From assembly GCF_009914755.1 (NCBI RefSeq), contig NC_060929.1: a DNA stretch of 64,000 nucleotides; one strand, 5' to 3'. The first letter of the stretch is position 1. Each line of letters opens with the position of its first letter. The notes under the pieces were generated by a model, which did not search any database, had not been told where the DNA came from, and saw nothing but the letters and a program-made list of their open reading frames with translations. Positions 1-15,222 of this stretch are shown piece by piece. The DNA is from the human T2T-CHM13v2.0 reference genome, Homo sapiens. The position numbers and the translations under genes are program-made.

Positions 1-7
1 GGAAGTA

Positions 8-676
8 CAGTCGATCCTCATTTTTTGCACATTCTGTATTTGAGAATTTACCTACTTGCTAATGTTTGTTTATGTCTAATCCCAACATCAATACTTGCAG
101 GACTTTTGTGGTCATTTGTGGATATGTGAAAGTGGTAAAAAAAATTTGAATCCTCCTATGTGAATGTTCCCAGCTGAGATCGAACAAGGGGATGTTCTGC
201 CTTCCTATTTTAGCTCTAATACTATAAATGTGTCCTTTTCTCACACATGGCTCAGAAATGTGCCAAGTTTTTCACATTTTTTGTGCTCTTCATTGGTGAT
301 TTCATGGCTTAAAATGGCCCCCCAGCCATAGTGCTGAAGCGCTGTCTATTCCTAGGGGAAAGAAGGCTGTGATGTGCCTTTTGAAGAAAGCACATGTGTT
401 AGACGAGCTTCATTCAGGCATGAGTCATGGTGCTGTTGTCCATGAGTCCCATGGTGGTTAATCAGCACTATATATATTTAATGTGGCATCTTTAAACAGA
501 AACCAACATAGAGCACAGTTAAGTATTGATCAGTTGAAGAGAATACCTCCTGTGACCAGAGGCTCACAGGAATCTAACCCTGTATTTCTCCTAGGAGCAA
601 TGATTCAATATTTATGAATTCAGTGTTTGGGGTGACTTGATAAAACATAACTACCTTGCATAAAGAGAATCAACTG
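8..676 (+). mobile_element. MER82-like non-autonomous Tigger (TcMar) DNA transposon, full length
   Basis: Terminal inverted repeats CAGTCGATCCTC... and ...GAGAATCAACTG, each flanked by TA (6-7, 677-678). The body resembles the recalled MER82 consensus. Confidence 0.75.
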
Positions 677-1062
677 TATGTCTTTTTCTGCTCTTATAAT
701 TCTTCATGTTGGTGGGCCCCTGCCTTCAGCCCCAAAGAATGCAGCATGGGGCTTATTATTTCTTGAATCTGTTTTTTTTTTTCTGGAGAATTTCATTCAA
801 CAAATTATGAATATTATTAGGTGTTGAACTGAGCTTTTGAAAACTTGTCAGATTCATCTTCAAGATTTTTGTTCCAAACATCCAAATTTATATACTCATT
901 GTGAGTTTTTGGATGTTAACAATAGAATTTGATTCATTCTATATCCTTTGAGCCCACATGATGCATTTCCCTGTGTTAAGGCTTATTTGTTGCTCAGTTG
1001 AGTGACTCATTCACCACTTCTTACTTCCTGGAGGTTTAGTACCACTCTTAAAAATAGCAAGA

Positions 1063-1673
<611 letters not shown>

Positions 1674-2097
1674 TCAACTTTCATAAGGTTATGGTATGCG
1701 AAGTGATTACAAGAGATTGCTTACAAGAGCAGTTAGAATAAAGAGTTCAGGTGAGGGCAGTGTCTTTAGTGAGCCAATAAGTTGTCTATAAGTTGATTGG
1801 GAAATTGTTTAGTCTGAGATTACAATAAGATGTTTTCTGAAGCACATACCAATGAACAGATTCCTTGAAGAGATTTCCTTACAGAACAGTTTGCATTTTC
1901 ATGTTGAAAATTAGCTTAGTGATTATCTTCATTTAACAGGTTAAAAAAAAAAAAGAAAACCAAACCTGATGAAAGGGTGACTTGGTATCAGGAATGGGGA
2001 GGTGATTTGGTGAAGGGATAGTGACTACCACTGACCACTAAAATAGCTTCATTTGTTTTTGTATTCTCAGTGTCTCATTTCCTCCCATGTTCCTCTT

Positions 2098-4385
2098 TTT
2101 TATTTTATCATTATTTTGTTTTAAATTTTTAATTTTTGTGGGTATATGGTAGGTATATATATATTTATGGAGTACATGAGATATTTTGATACAGGCGTAC
2201 AATGCATAATAATCACATCGGGGTAAATGGGGGTATCCATCACTTCCTTTATGTCACAAACAACCCAATTATGTTCTTTTAGTTATTTTTAAATGTAAAT
2301 ACACTGTTGTTGACTATAATCACCCTGTTGTGCTATCAAATACTGGAGCTTATTCATTTTATTTTACTATATTTTTGTACTAATTAACCATCCCCAGTTC
2401 CTGCCCCACCCCCCCACTACTCTTCCAAGCTTCTGATAACCATCATCCTACTCTCTGTCTCTATGAATTCAATTGATTTAATTTTTAGCTCCCACAAATA
2501 AGTGAGAACATGTGATGTTTGTCTTTCAGTGCTTGGCTTATTTCACTTAACATAATGACTTCCAGTTCCATCCATGTTGTTGCAAATGACAGGCTCTCAT
2601 TCCTTTTTACAGATGAATAGTACTTCATTATGTACTTCAGTAGTATTCCTAACTATCCATCAACAGATGATTGGATAAAGAAAATGTGGTAACTCTCTTC
2701 TAACTATCTCCTAACTATCCATCAACAGATGATTGGATAAAGAAATGTGGTAACATTTTCTTTATCCAATCATCTGTTGATGGATAGTTAGGTCATTTCC
2801 AAATCTTAGCTCTTGTGAATAGTGCTATAATAAACATGGCAGTGCAGCTATCTTTTCAATATACTGATTTCCTTTCTTTTGGGTATATACCCAGCAGTGG
2901 GATTGCTGGATCATATGGTAGCTCTATTTTTAGTTTTTTGAGAAACCTCCAAACTGTCCTTCATAGTGGTTGTACTGTAATAATTTACATTCCCACCAAC
3001 AGTGTACGAGGGTTCCCTTTCCGCCACATCCTCGCCAGCATTTGTTGTTGCCTGTCTTTTGGATTAAAGCCATTTTAACTGGGGTGAGATGATATCTCAT
3101 TGTAGTTTTCATTTGCATTTCTCTGGTGATCAATGATGTTGAGCATCTTTTTATATACCTGTTTGCCATTTGTATTTCTTTTTTGAGAACTGTCTATTCA
3201 GGTCTTTTGCCCATTTTAAATGGGATTATTAGATTTTTCCTATAGAGTTGTTTGAGCTCCTTATATATTTTGGTTATTACGCTCTTGTCAGATGGTTAGT
3301 TTGCAAATATTTTCTCCCATTCCGTGGGTTGTCTCTTCACTTTGTTGATTGTTTCCTTTGCTGTGCAGAAGCTTTTTAACTTGATATGATCCCATTTATC
3401 CATTCTTGCTTTGTTGCCTGTGCTTGTGGGGTATTACTCAAGAAATCTTTGCCCAGTCCAATGTTCTGGAGAGTTTCCCCAGTGTTTTCTTTTAACGGTT
3501 TCATAGTTTGAGGTCTTAGATTTAAGCCTTTAATCCATTTTGATTTGATTTTTGTATATGGTGAGAGATAGGGTTCTAGTTCCATTCTTCTGTATATGGA
3601 TATCCAGTTTTCCTAGCACCCATTAAAGAGATTGTCCTTTCTTCAATATATATTCTTGGCACCTTTGTTGAAAATGAGTTTACTGTAGATGTATGGATTT
3701 ATTTTTGGGTTCTCTATTCTGTTCCATTGCTCTATGTGTCCGTTTTTATGCCAGTACCATGCTGTTTTGGTTACTATAGCTCTGGAGTATGATCTGAAGT
3801 CAGGTAATGGGATTCCTCCAGTTTTGTTCTTTTTGTTCAGGATAACTTTGGCTATTCTGGGTCTTTTGTGATTCCACTTAAATTTTAGGATTTTTTTCTC
3901 TATTTCTGTGAAGAATGTTGTTGGTATTTTGCTAGGGATTGCATTGAATCTGTAGATTGCTTTGGGTAGTATGGACGTCTTAACAGTATTAATTCTTATA
4001 ATCCATGGACATGGAATATCTTTTCAATTCTTAGTATCCTCTTCAATTTCTTTCATCAGTGTTTTACAGTTTTAATTGTAGAGATCTTTCACTTATTTTG
4101 TTAATTCCTATGTATTTTATTTGTAGCTATTTTAAATGGGATTACTTTTTGATTTTTACACTGTCCACTGTTTGCATACAGAAATGCTACTGATTTTTGT
4201 ACGTTGATTTTGTATCCTGTAACTTTACTGAATATGTTTATCCATTCTAATAGTTTTTTGGTGAAATCTTTAGGTTTTTCCAAGTATAAGACCATATCAT
4301 CTGCAAACAAGAATAATTTGACTACTTCCTTTTCAATTTGGATGCCTTTTATTTCTTTCTCTTGTCTGGTTGCTCTAGCTGGTAA
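2098..4385 (-). mobile_element. 5'-truncated L1 (L1MA-type) with 3' UTR and degenerate ORF2 3' part
   Basis: T-rich tail at ~2098-2140. Minus-strand ORF2-like peptides ([23 protein letters not shown]; [20 protein letters not shown] with the RT FADD motif). Degenerate TSD CCCATGTTCCTCTT / CCCATATTCCCTCTT. Confidence 0.92.
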
Positions 4386-5110
4386 TTCCCCATATTCCCT
4401 CTTACCGTTCACTTCTGCCTCTGCTTTGTGCCCTTAGCACTGGAGCTACATCTTAAGAGGTGGGGTGACATGTTGATGGTATTTGGCTGAGGGACCCTGA
4501 AGCTTCTGGATCTTGCTTGTAATTGTCCACTCTGTTCAACAAGATACCTAGGGGGCATGTGTGCACAGAAGATAGTGATTTTTCCGGGCTCTTGTTATTA
4601 AACCTTGGCCCCACACTCTTAATATGGAACACTGCTTTGGCAGAAGGAAGAGCTAACCAGAGATACCACTTCCTTCTGGGAAGAAGCAGCAGGGCTGGGA
4701 GAATCCTAGCCCAGACTTTCTCTGGAAGCTGCTCCAGCTCCTGACCAGGCTTATCTTACCAGCCGGGTGGGAGTTAGGAGGACTCCGGAGTCACACAGAA
4801 AGCCAAAAATCTCCTGAAAACAATACCCTTTCCAGTGTAGATCCTAGGCTCACCCCTCATTGTTCACTCAGGAATTAAGGCAGCTCTGGGGGTAACCCCA
4901 TTTATGGAATCCATGCAATGATGGCATTGTGGGGGACACTGGCTAAGCTCCCAAGGGGATGTGCTATAACTGCATCGCAGTGGCTAGGCCCCACCCTTCT
5001 CATGCCTCTTCCCAGGTCACTATGGTGATGAGTCACTAATATCAAGAAGTAAAGAAGAATGGCAGTTTATAAAAGACCATAAGATCTCCCTATTCCAGGA
5101 TCAATGGTAC

Positions 5111-5282
5111 ATATGGTTCCTTTTCTTTCTTCTTTGTCTTACTTGTCCTTTAAAACCTCCATTTGAGAGCTGCCTCTTCCAGAAAGCCTTCCTTGACCAC
5201 CTCCAGCTGAAGTCTGGTTTGGAGCTATCTTCTCTGAGCTACTACTTGCCACCCTGGAAGGCTGTGGCTGGTACGTGATCTT
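5111..5282. repeat. 172-bp dispersed direct repeat, copy 1 (copy 2 at 6373-6544)
   Basis: Base-by-base comparison gives 5 mismatches and no indels over 172 bp. Confidence 0.95.
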
Positions 5283-5835
5283 GAGAAAGTAGTTCCCTAG
5301 CTTTGTGGGAGTGGAATCTAGATGACAAATGGTTAAGGAGTTGGGGATAGGGGTGTAGATGGGACAGCCAAGGCTGATACCTTTCAAATTTCAGGTTGAA
5401 CTGTGGAATGAAGAAGGTAGTGACTGAAGGTCACTGGGGAAGTTTATTTATTTGTTTTTTGATGTGAAGAACTTTTTTTTAAGGCAGAGAAGAGGAGTAT
5501 TGGAAACATTAGTAAAATAGGGAATAATCAACAGGTCATGGCCCAGGAGGAGGCCAGAAGAAGTGGAATCAATAACAGATGGAAGGAAGTGAAAGGGAAG
5601 ACACAGAGGGAGCTCTGGCTGGACATCCCCAAAGTTGTTCAACAATGGGAGCCACTGTTTCTTGAAAGTTGACTAGATGCTGGATAGTCCTTATACATTC
5701 TCATCTGATTTCCACAGCAGCCACTTCACATTCTACGGATGAGAAAACCGAGGCTTATAACAGGTTCTTCAGGTGGTACATGTTGGGGAGGGATGTGAAT
5801 GTAGTCAGTGCAACTTGCAGAATCTGCTCTACCAG

Positions 5836-5970
5836 AGTCTTACTTCTCAAAGTGTGGTCCTCGGAACAGTACCACCTGGGAGCCCATTAGAAATGTCAAC
5901 TCTCAGCCACATCCTCAGACCAACTGAAACAGACCTGCGATGTTTACATATGTTTAGGTCTGGAAACCCT
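5836..5970. mobile_element. MER5A-like hAT-Charlie fragment
   Basis: CTTCTCAAAGTGTGGTCC...CACCTGGGAGC...TTAGAAATG...ACTGAA resembles MER5A. Confidence 0.6.
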
Positions 5971-6319
5971 GGTCTAAACTTCTGCCCCTTGTTCTCCTTG
6001 AAGTGTTAGATGTTGGCTTGGCTCCCTGCTTAGGGTAAGGTTATTGGAGCATGCCGAGGGCAGAGGCTTGAGGGTAGAGGGGAACAGCAAATCATGGGAA
6101 TGTGATGGAATGTATTAAGAGAGAGCTTCTAGAAGGTTATGATATCTATTAGTTCACAGGTTATGGCTAAACTGGTAATGACTTCATTTAAGTTGATATC
6201 ATTGTACTTTGCAGAGAGAACAGCCAAGTAACCTTGGTTGACTCTGGTTGTTCTAATATTCTTAGCTATCCATTCTCTTGGGAGGGTCAAACCACAGCTG
6301 GCTGATCTGTTATCAAAGG

Positions 6320-6590
6320 ATTTGTGGTGCCTCGAACATGTCCTGTTATTTCACAATCAGTGCCCTTTGTAAATATGGTTCCTTTTATTTCTTCTTTGTC
6401 TGACTTGTCCTTTAAAACCTCCATTTGAGAGCTGCCTCTTCCAGAAAGCCTTCCTTGACCACCTCCAGCTGCAGTCTGGTTTGGAGCTATCTTCTCTGAG
6501 CTACTGCTTGCCACCCTGGAAGGCTGTGGCTGGTATGTGATCTTTAAAGGACTTAGCATGGTACCTGGCACATAGTAAGTGCTCAATAAG
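6320..6590. mobile_element. L2 3'-end remnant containing copy 2 of the 172-bp repeat
   Basis: CCTGGCACATAGTAAGTGCTCAATAA and AGAAAGCCTTCCTTGACC are typical L2 3' motifs. Confidence 0.6.
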
Positions 6591-7697
6591 CACTAGCTTC
6601 TATTATTAGCCCAGAAGTAGGAATAAAAACAGTTAAGAGTAGAACACATGGTTCAGAGGGCAGCATAGTATAAAGGGGGCAAAAATAACCGAAGGTCCTA
6701 GCAAGAGCCATATGGAAGTGGTCAACTAGGAGGTTTCTGTGCTGGGAAGGGAGGGTGAGAAGGCAAGAGAGAGGCAGTAGAAAGTTCATTATTTTTTAAT
6801 GTATTTTTATTGTGTATATTTAAGGAGAGAAAGTGATGTTTTGATATACCTATGCATAGAATGATTTTGAATGGGCCTAATTGCTACGACGTCAGTTACA
6901 AGACGGAGGAGAAAGAAGACAAGACATGAATTTAAAGAAACTTGCTTATCCAAATCATTCTTCTTTTAAGAAAGCTTTATATTCATTATAGCTGATTATA
7001 AGAGTTAGGACAAATTTATGATGTGGCAGACTTGTGTTTTAGCTTATTAGTGTGTCTCTGTGCTGCACTGAAGCCCTTGTCATCACTGCAGTGTACGTAG
7101 CTCCCATTTATGTACTTTCTATAGAATCTGAAGCCTAATTTTAACATTGTATCGTTTTTTATAGTTATTGACACTTTGCTTCTATCCTATCAATTCTATC
7201 TGTAATTTATTTCAAATCAATTTCTTGAACAGGCAGGTAATAGCCTATTATATTATTTTTCCTATGGGAAAATATGATCGTTTATTAATTTGGTTTTTTA
7301 AAATTTACTAAACATCTATTACCCAGAAAGCACTATAGAAAATGCTTTTGAGAGATGCAGTTATGAACTAGCAATCGCCCTTGTCCTTCAGGAAGCTGAC
7401 AGGCTAGGAGGGGAGATATGATAGGTAGAGATGACTTTAAACACAACAATGTGAGATGCTGTAAGAGAGGCAGGGTAGTACACTTACTGAGGAAGAATAA
7501 CTTGCTTTTGCCTGGGGACAGGAGTACAGGATAAAAGCTTTGAGGCAAAGGCAGTGGTTCAACTTGACCTTGAGATTTTGTCTGGGTTTGACAGGAAGAA
7601 ATAGGGCAAAAGCCATTTGAGGTGGACAAAATAGTATATAAAAAATAAAGTTTGATTTTTATTAACACAATGGTGAAAAGAGAGAACTTCCAGGTAG

Positions 7698-8025
<328 letters not shown>

Positions 8026-8099
8026 TAGTTCTATCTTTAGACTAAAATTTAAGTATCTATAAAAAGGAGGAACTGCTGTTTAATGAATGCAAATGTTTA

Positions 8100-8295
8100 G
8101 GTACATATATATTATCTCAATTAATCCTCAAAAAATCCCTATGAGGTAGGGAGGTATTATTATTTGCATTATAGAGGTAAATAAGCTGAGGTTCAGGAAG
8201 TTAATCATTTTGCTCAAGGCCACACAGGTCATCTGCGGCAGGGCTGGAAATCCAACACAGATCTATCTGATTCCAAAGCTTTCCACTGCTTCCTG
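8100..8295. mobile_element. MIR
   Basis: MIR core-like TTAATCCTCA...CCCTATGAGGTAGG...GCTGAGGTTCAG...TTGCTCAAGGCCACACAG. Confidence 0.65.
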
Positions 8296-8983
8296 CTGCC
8301 TTCCTGCGGACCCATTCATAAGACTGACATATTCATTCATTCCACTGACATATTCATTCATTCCACAAGTAGTTATTGAGCATCTGACATGTCCCAGGTG
8401 CTATGCTAGCTCCTGGACATGCAGTGATGGCCAACCTGGCCTAGCTACATGTGGGGGACAAATGGAGGCACAAATAGTACCTTGGTATTCTGAGACCTAC
8501 AGATTTCCAATTAAGTATAAATTTAGAAGATTAATGTGCTTTATTGATCTCATCAAATAGCCTATTGATAACCCTCCTCAAATAACTAGTAAAGGCACAG
8601 TGTTCACTGAGGAAAAACAGATGGGAAAATACAGGATATTTCAATGTCATAGTTGGAAAATTTACAACTTAACTATTTTATTAAAATGTCAGTACTTTGG
8701 AATTTTAGCAGTTGTAGACCTGAGAGCCCGAGAGGAGACTGCACCCATGCCATGCAAATTGTCATAAAAGTTTTAGATAAAAGTTCATATATACGTTTCA
8801 GAGAGAGAAAAAGAGAAAGAGAAAGAGATTTTGTTGACAGCCAGATGAAATTAAGTGGTCAGAAATTTAATCCACTGGCCCACTAAAAGAAATATTTTCA
8901 AGATACTGAGAAATGCAAAAAAAATGTAAAAACCAAGCATAATATCACCACTTTACACCACATAGTATCACACACACACACTA

Positions 8984-9114
8984 GTTGAGTACAGTGGTGC
9001 CCACCTGTAGTCCCAGCTACTTGGGAGGCTGAAGCAGGAGGATCACCTGAGTTCAGGATTTGTGACCAGCCTGGACAAAATAGTGAGACCCCATCTTTTT
9101 TTAAAAAAGAAAAA
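8984..9114 (+). mobile_element. FLAM-like free Alu monomer
   Basis: Single Alu monomer (CCTGTAGTCCCAGCTACTTGGGAGGCTGA...GTGAGACCCCATCT) with an A-rich tail. Confidence 0.75.
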
Positions 9115-10099
9115 ATATATATACTGTATATGTAAAGTCCTTCCCCTTGATCACTACTCCTCCAGCCCCACCCTAGAGGTAACCACTGTTAACAATGTGG
9201 AGTTTACCCTTTCTGAATTTGTTACTCATAGTGACAAATCTGTTTAGGTTTGCCCATACAATCTTTCTTTTCTTTCCTTCCCAAAAAGAGGACCACTTAA
9301 AAAATTCTTATTTTTCTGCCATTATCCCTTTGGTCTCATTAATTAATTTATTTTTGTCTTTTAAGAGAACAGTTTTAAATTGCTTCTTGTGAGGGTGCAA
9401 CACACCAGTAGGATTATCAGCAAAGTGTAGACAAGGCTATGAATGTGGATCTGATGCTTGGGAGAAGAGAATTATCTTGTGACTCAACTAAAATACAACC
9501 AAAGACTCAAGAAGTTATGGATTTGCTCTTAATTGCTTTAATTGCTGCACAATTCTCCTTAGTTACTCTGTGAACTTGTAAGAATCCACCCACAGTAAAA
9601 GTCGAATTTGACAAGTTGTGAGAAATTGTTATGAGGATTACAGTTCTTTGTGTCCCACGTGCAAAGTGCTTCCAAGATATTTCTTTAAATGTTGAATTTC
9701 ATTTAAATATCTCAAATGAAGAAAAAGATATCTAACCGCATGAGGTTGGAAAGCTTAAAAGTAATTGTTATCCTATCCTACAGACACACCAAAGGGTACT
9801 TAAAGATGATATGAAGTGGGATATAAATATCTATACTGTTGTGCTCTGAACTAAAGCAAGTAGTATATATTTGTTATCCTTTATACTGAATTAATTATGT
9901 AAAAAATAAAGTTCAAAATATGAGTGTAGTTCCTGTGTGACGAATTGCCTGAATTACTCAAGTGATTGTCTCAAACCTCTATGTCATTTGTTTGTAGAGT
10001 TCTTTAGAAGAACTTAGTACAATTATCTGAAAGTGTCTCTAAGGTATGACACTTCTGTGTGCATTATTGTACTCAGCATTTAAAACATGGCATTGCACT

Positions 10100-10448
10100 G
10101 ATGTCCTTCCTGTTTCTTAAAATAAGCCAAGTCTTTTCTGGCCTCAGGGCCTTTGCGCCTGCTGTTCCCTCTGCTGGGTTGCTGACGCTCTTCTCTGTAT
10201 GAGGAGGCAGAATCACTCCTCATCCTTCAGGGCTTGGCTCAGCTCAAAGGCCTCTACCTCAGAGACCCTCCCAGGATCACCTCATCCAGAGTGTCTTCTC
10301 CCTCCAATCACTTCCTATTATCTGATTTATTTTCTTCATGCCACTTGTCATAATCTGTCATTCTCATGTTTGTTTGCTTACTTTTTGAGTTAGGCCTCTG
10401 CCTTGGCACCCAGTGGAGTCTTCAATAAATACCTGGTGAATGAATAAA
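10100..10448. mobile_element. L2 3'-end remnant
   Basis: GCCTCAGGGCCTTTGC...CTGTTCCCTCTGC...CAATAAATA...TGAATGAAT motifs. Confidence 0.6.
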
Positions 10449-12320
10449 GAGCTTTATTAGTTATTCTTTTCCTCATTCGTTCATGCCTTCATTTATCTGT
10501 TCAGCATCAGACACAATATTGAGTGTCTAATGTGTCTAACTCACAGTGCTGGACTCAGTAGTAGTGATTGCAGTGGAATTTTCAGGTAATTAATGCTTAG
10601 CCCTTCAGATACCAACATTTACTTAAAAGTAAATATTGGCTATAAATAAGTAAAGGATAAAATTGTAAAATACTGGATGAGAGTATTCCTTAAATACATT
10701 ACAGCACATCTCAGATAGAAGCTCTAGTATTGATATGGTGTGGTCCTCACTGTGAAGTGTCCTTACAGTGAATTTTTAAAATTTACATTTTGGTTTTTCT
10801 GTGAGCCCAGAGGGATGCCACTTCCTTTACCGTAACTCTGACTAGTTGCTCCAACAATGGCCCCTTCCTGCCTCTAGACACAGGGGTGCTGGTCACTGAT
10901 CTCCTGGGTCAAAAGCAGGATAAGACAGTTGCTTTCACGGTGGTTGTTCTCACCATGAACCTTGACATTCCAGTTTTCCCACAGCATGTGAAGGCCTTAA
11001 GTTGTTCAGATATAACCTTGATTCTCCAAGGGGTGCTGTGGTAGAACGCAGAAGGAGATTTTTGGAAAATTGCATCTATAGAGTTAAATACTATGAATGT
11101 TTCTTATCTTGTCATAAAATCACCTGCATACATTCTTTTTATAAAGCCATCTTTGTAAGATGAGATTTATATTAATGTAATATGTTAGTGCTCAGATGGC
11201 CTTTAGCAAAGGATTTTAGGAAACACCTATTATCTATGACTGGGGTTGTCAGAATGCAAAAATTCAAATCATCTTCCACATAGGAAACTCTTTTCTGGGT
11301 TCTGTGTTTGTGCTTATTATTTCGGTGTTTCCCTTTTAACTGTTTTCAGAAGGCATCTTCTGACAGTGGCAACATCAAACTGCAAAATATCATAGGCTTA
11401 TTTGGTGGGGATTTTACTTCTGGATTTGTTCCTCTTGACATGAAAAACATATATTCTCTGCTTCACATCAAAAATGTAGGCTTACTTTTAAGTAGCTATA
11501 TTTTTAAAATCTGTGTCCTGTTTTTGATCTAGTTTTTATTATATCTTGCATTTTACCTGCCATTTCTCTTCTTTCTCTTTTGTTCATTTTACAGGAAATG
11601 GGAGATCAGAGATGCTCAGATTTTTTCAGCGTAGTTTCCCCTAACATCACAGCTCTCTCCTGTCTCTTTTATTCACAGTGAGACACTAAAGACTTCCCAG
11701 TGAGCAAATTTTTCACATAGGTGAAACTTACTCCATTAACCGCTAAAACTTTGAAGAATGATTATTTTAATCACTCTGGAAATACATTTCACAGTTCCTT
11801 CATTTGCAAAGTAAACTATGCATAAGATGTACATAGAATGTATGCCTATCTTTCACAGAGTCAGAGCCAGCCTAGTGAGCTTTCACTTTTGTCCATGGTT
11901 TGGAGGCTGTTGAGCTAATCAGAGCTGTTTTCCTGGGCACCAAATGCTCTTATGTCTTGCCTCTGCCTACCACTCTCAGCTGCCATTTCCTGGGACCATC
12001 GCTGGGTCTTTATAATTCTCATGTTTTCCTTATTGTAATGACAGCTGGCCGAGTTCACGTTCAAGTTTACCTCCACCTCTTCTATAGGTAAACGTCTCCC
12101 AGCTTCAGTACTCTAGAGCCACTGTCTTGCAGTTCCATGCTCCTGTTAGGTTCTGGTAGGTAGGAACCTGACTTCTGGCTAAAGGGAATAGGGGATGTAA
12201 TACTAAGTTGTCATTACAAATCCCTTAGGCCTTACTGATAGCCTTGCTCAGGATATCCATTTTAGTTTTTCAACTACTGTGTTCTCATGAGATGGAAATC
12301 ATAAAGCCAAGTGTCTTTGA

Positions 12321-12658
<338 letters not shown>

Positions 12659-13444
12659 CAAAGAGAGATACCTTTTTTCAAGTTTTTGAGTGGCTAGTTT
12701 TGCATATTAATGCTAACACTGAAAATAGTACAACATCAATTTTTTACGCTTTTTATCTTTTTCTTGACAAATACTAGTTTAAGTTGCTATTTCAAACTAG
12801 TTCATTCAGGGTATGAAATATACAATGGGGAAACTTTGAGACTCATGTTACTTCCTGTTGTTAGAGTGCTTGATTTAGTGCTTTAATTACTATACACTAC
12901 TGAAACAAAGTGAATATACACCACCTTAGGAAATCACTTGTTATTTTCTTGAACTGTTTTGTTTCATCTACAATTACATCTTTATATCACATTTCACAAA
13001 ATACTGGTGATTATGTGGTGTTCTAATGAGTGTGTATAGATAATAAAACTAAGAAAATGGAGTTTAGATTTAGTGGGGCTACCACCTAAAAATTAAACTT
13101 GCTTAGTTCCAAATTTCCAATTCTTTGATGATTTGTATTGTAAACAGGATAGTTTTTTTATTACATTTACAGAACATGGGCATGACTTGAACAAAAGTTG
13201 CTATTCTTAAGTAAATTACTTTTATTTTATGCTGTATCTTGCCTTCTTGATGTTCTAGATGGTATGTCCTTTTAGTCCCACTAGAGTCTATAATGCTACT
13301 GTAGTTCCCAGCTTCCAGTTGTCATCTGTGTGGTGATGCCATAAGCATTGGAAAGTGCACTGTCCTTATAGCCAGAAAGCACTGGTTCCTTCACCCTTTA
13401 GCTGTGGCTCTCCTCCCCGTCAATCCTCTTTTTTTAAAAGCCAA

Positions 13445-13660
13445 CGCTTATTGAGGACTTCAGGTTATATGCTGTGTGTCACGTGTTTTCTAGATGTTCC
13501 TTCTTTTAATTATCACAAGAAGCCTATGATGCAGGTATTAGTATCCACATTTTACAAATATGCAGACTCAGGCCCAGAGAGGTTGAATAACTCCAAGGTT
13601 ATCCAGCTGGTTAGTGACAAAGGTGGGGTCTGAATACAGGTCTTACTTCCAAAGTCTGCA
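13445..13660. mobile_element. MIR
   Basis: CATTTTACAAAT...ACTCAGGCCCAGAGAGGTTGAATAACTCCAAGGT MIR core. Confidence 0.6.
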
Positions 13661-14518
13661 CTTGAATTACCTCCTGTACCACCTGTGCTACCTCTGTGCC
13701 TCTCTGAACCAACTTTGGGTTTTCTGGAAGTGAGAGTGACAATCTCAGTCTCATGGGGTTGTCCAGGGGCACAAGTGAGGCGAGGGAGGCAGAGCATCCT
13801 TGTCTTATGCTGCACTTGAGCAATATAGGTAGTCCAGCCTAGACAGTCATCTTCTTTTCATTGCATGCCTTTCCCTATTTCTGGATTATAGATAGCAGTG
13901 TCTCCCACCTGGGCCAGCTTTATCCTGACGCCCAGCATACACCCCACCTCTGGGTTGGTGTGCATTGAGGAAGTGCAAATAAAGTGGAATATGCCTCATT
14001 AAGCAGGAAAGTAGTCATGAGGAAAGGCATGCACTTGAGAGCCGTACCTGGGCTCTTTATCTTCTGACAGATAGGATCATTCCCAAGGTCGTGAGAGTGC
14101 AGGGGATTGGGTGCCAACCAGGACACTGAAGAGCTCCCGGAGCCTGTGCATGGTGTCTAGCCCTTCTGTCTTCAGGCAGTCACGTGCAAGCCCTCCCCTG
14201 GAAGGATTGTCAGACCACACCTGTGCCACTGCTGCTGTCTCCTCCCTGTCCTCCTGCAGGAGGGTGTGTGTGTGTGTTTTAAATTTCCAATTTACTATGG
14301 ACCAAGACCCTTGAAAAATACAATGAAAACAAATTTCTGGAAAAATAGTTTTTAAAAAGGCATTCAAAATGTAAGCATAGTATTTTATTAGAAGATTCAA
14401 CAGCAAGAAAATAACATTGCAAAAATGACCTGGCAATGCCAAATTGCTGGAAGTTTCTAAGCACTTATTGTCAGTTTTTTTCCTAATCTCTTTACTGTTG
14501 GGTAGCAGTTCACAGACT

Positions 14519-15103
<585 letters not shown>

Positions 15104-15222
15104 TCATTCCTGAACCTAACTGGTTTAGTGGCTGTGGTACTGAGAGGGTCTTCCAGCGTCCCTCCCCGAGGCCTAGATTCTGTTGTCTGGATGCCTAGCT
15201 GTTGGCCAGGATTCTAATCCAA

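Noticed and set aside
7565-7573. SF-1/ERR site (TGACCTTGA), plus scattered AP-1 and CTCF-like motifs (e.g. ~26394, ~32399)
   Set aside because: Short motifs expected by chance in 64 kb, and several derive from MIR consensus. No clustering is evident.
8323-8364. 21-bp perfect tandem duplication ACTGACATATTCATTCATTCC
   Set aside because: Ordinary slippage at an L2 (ATTC)n tail.
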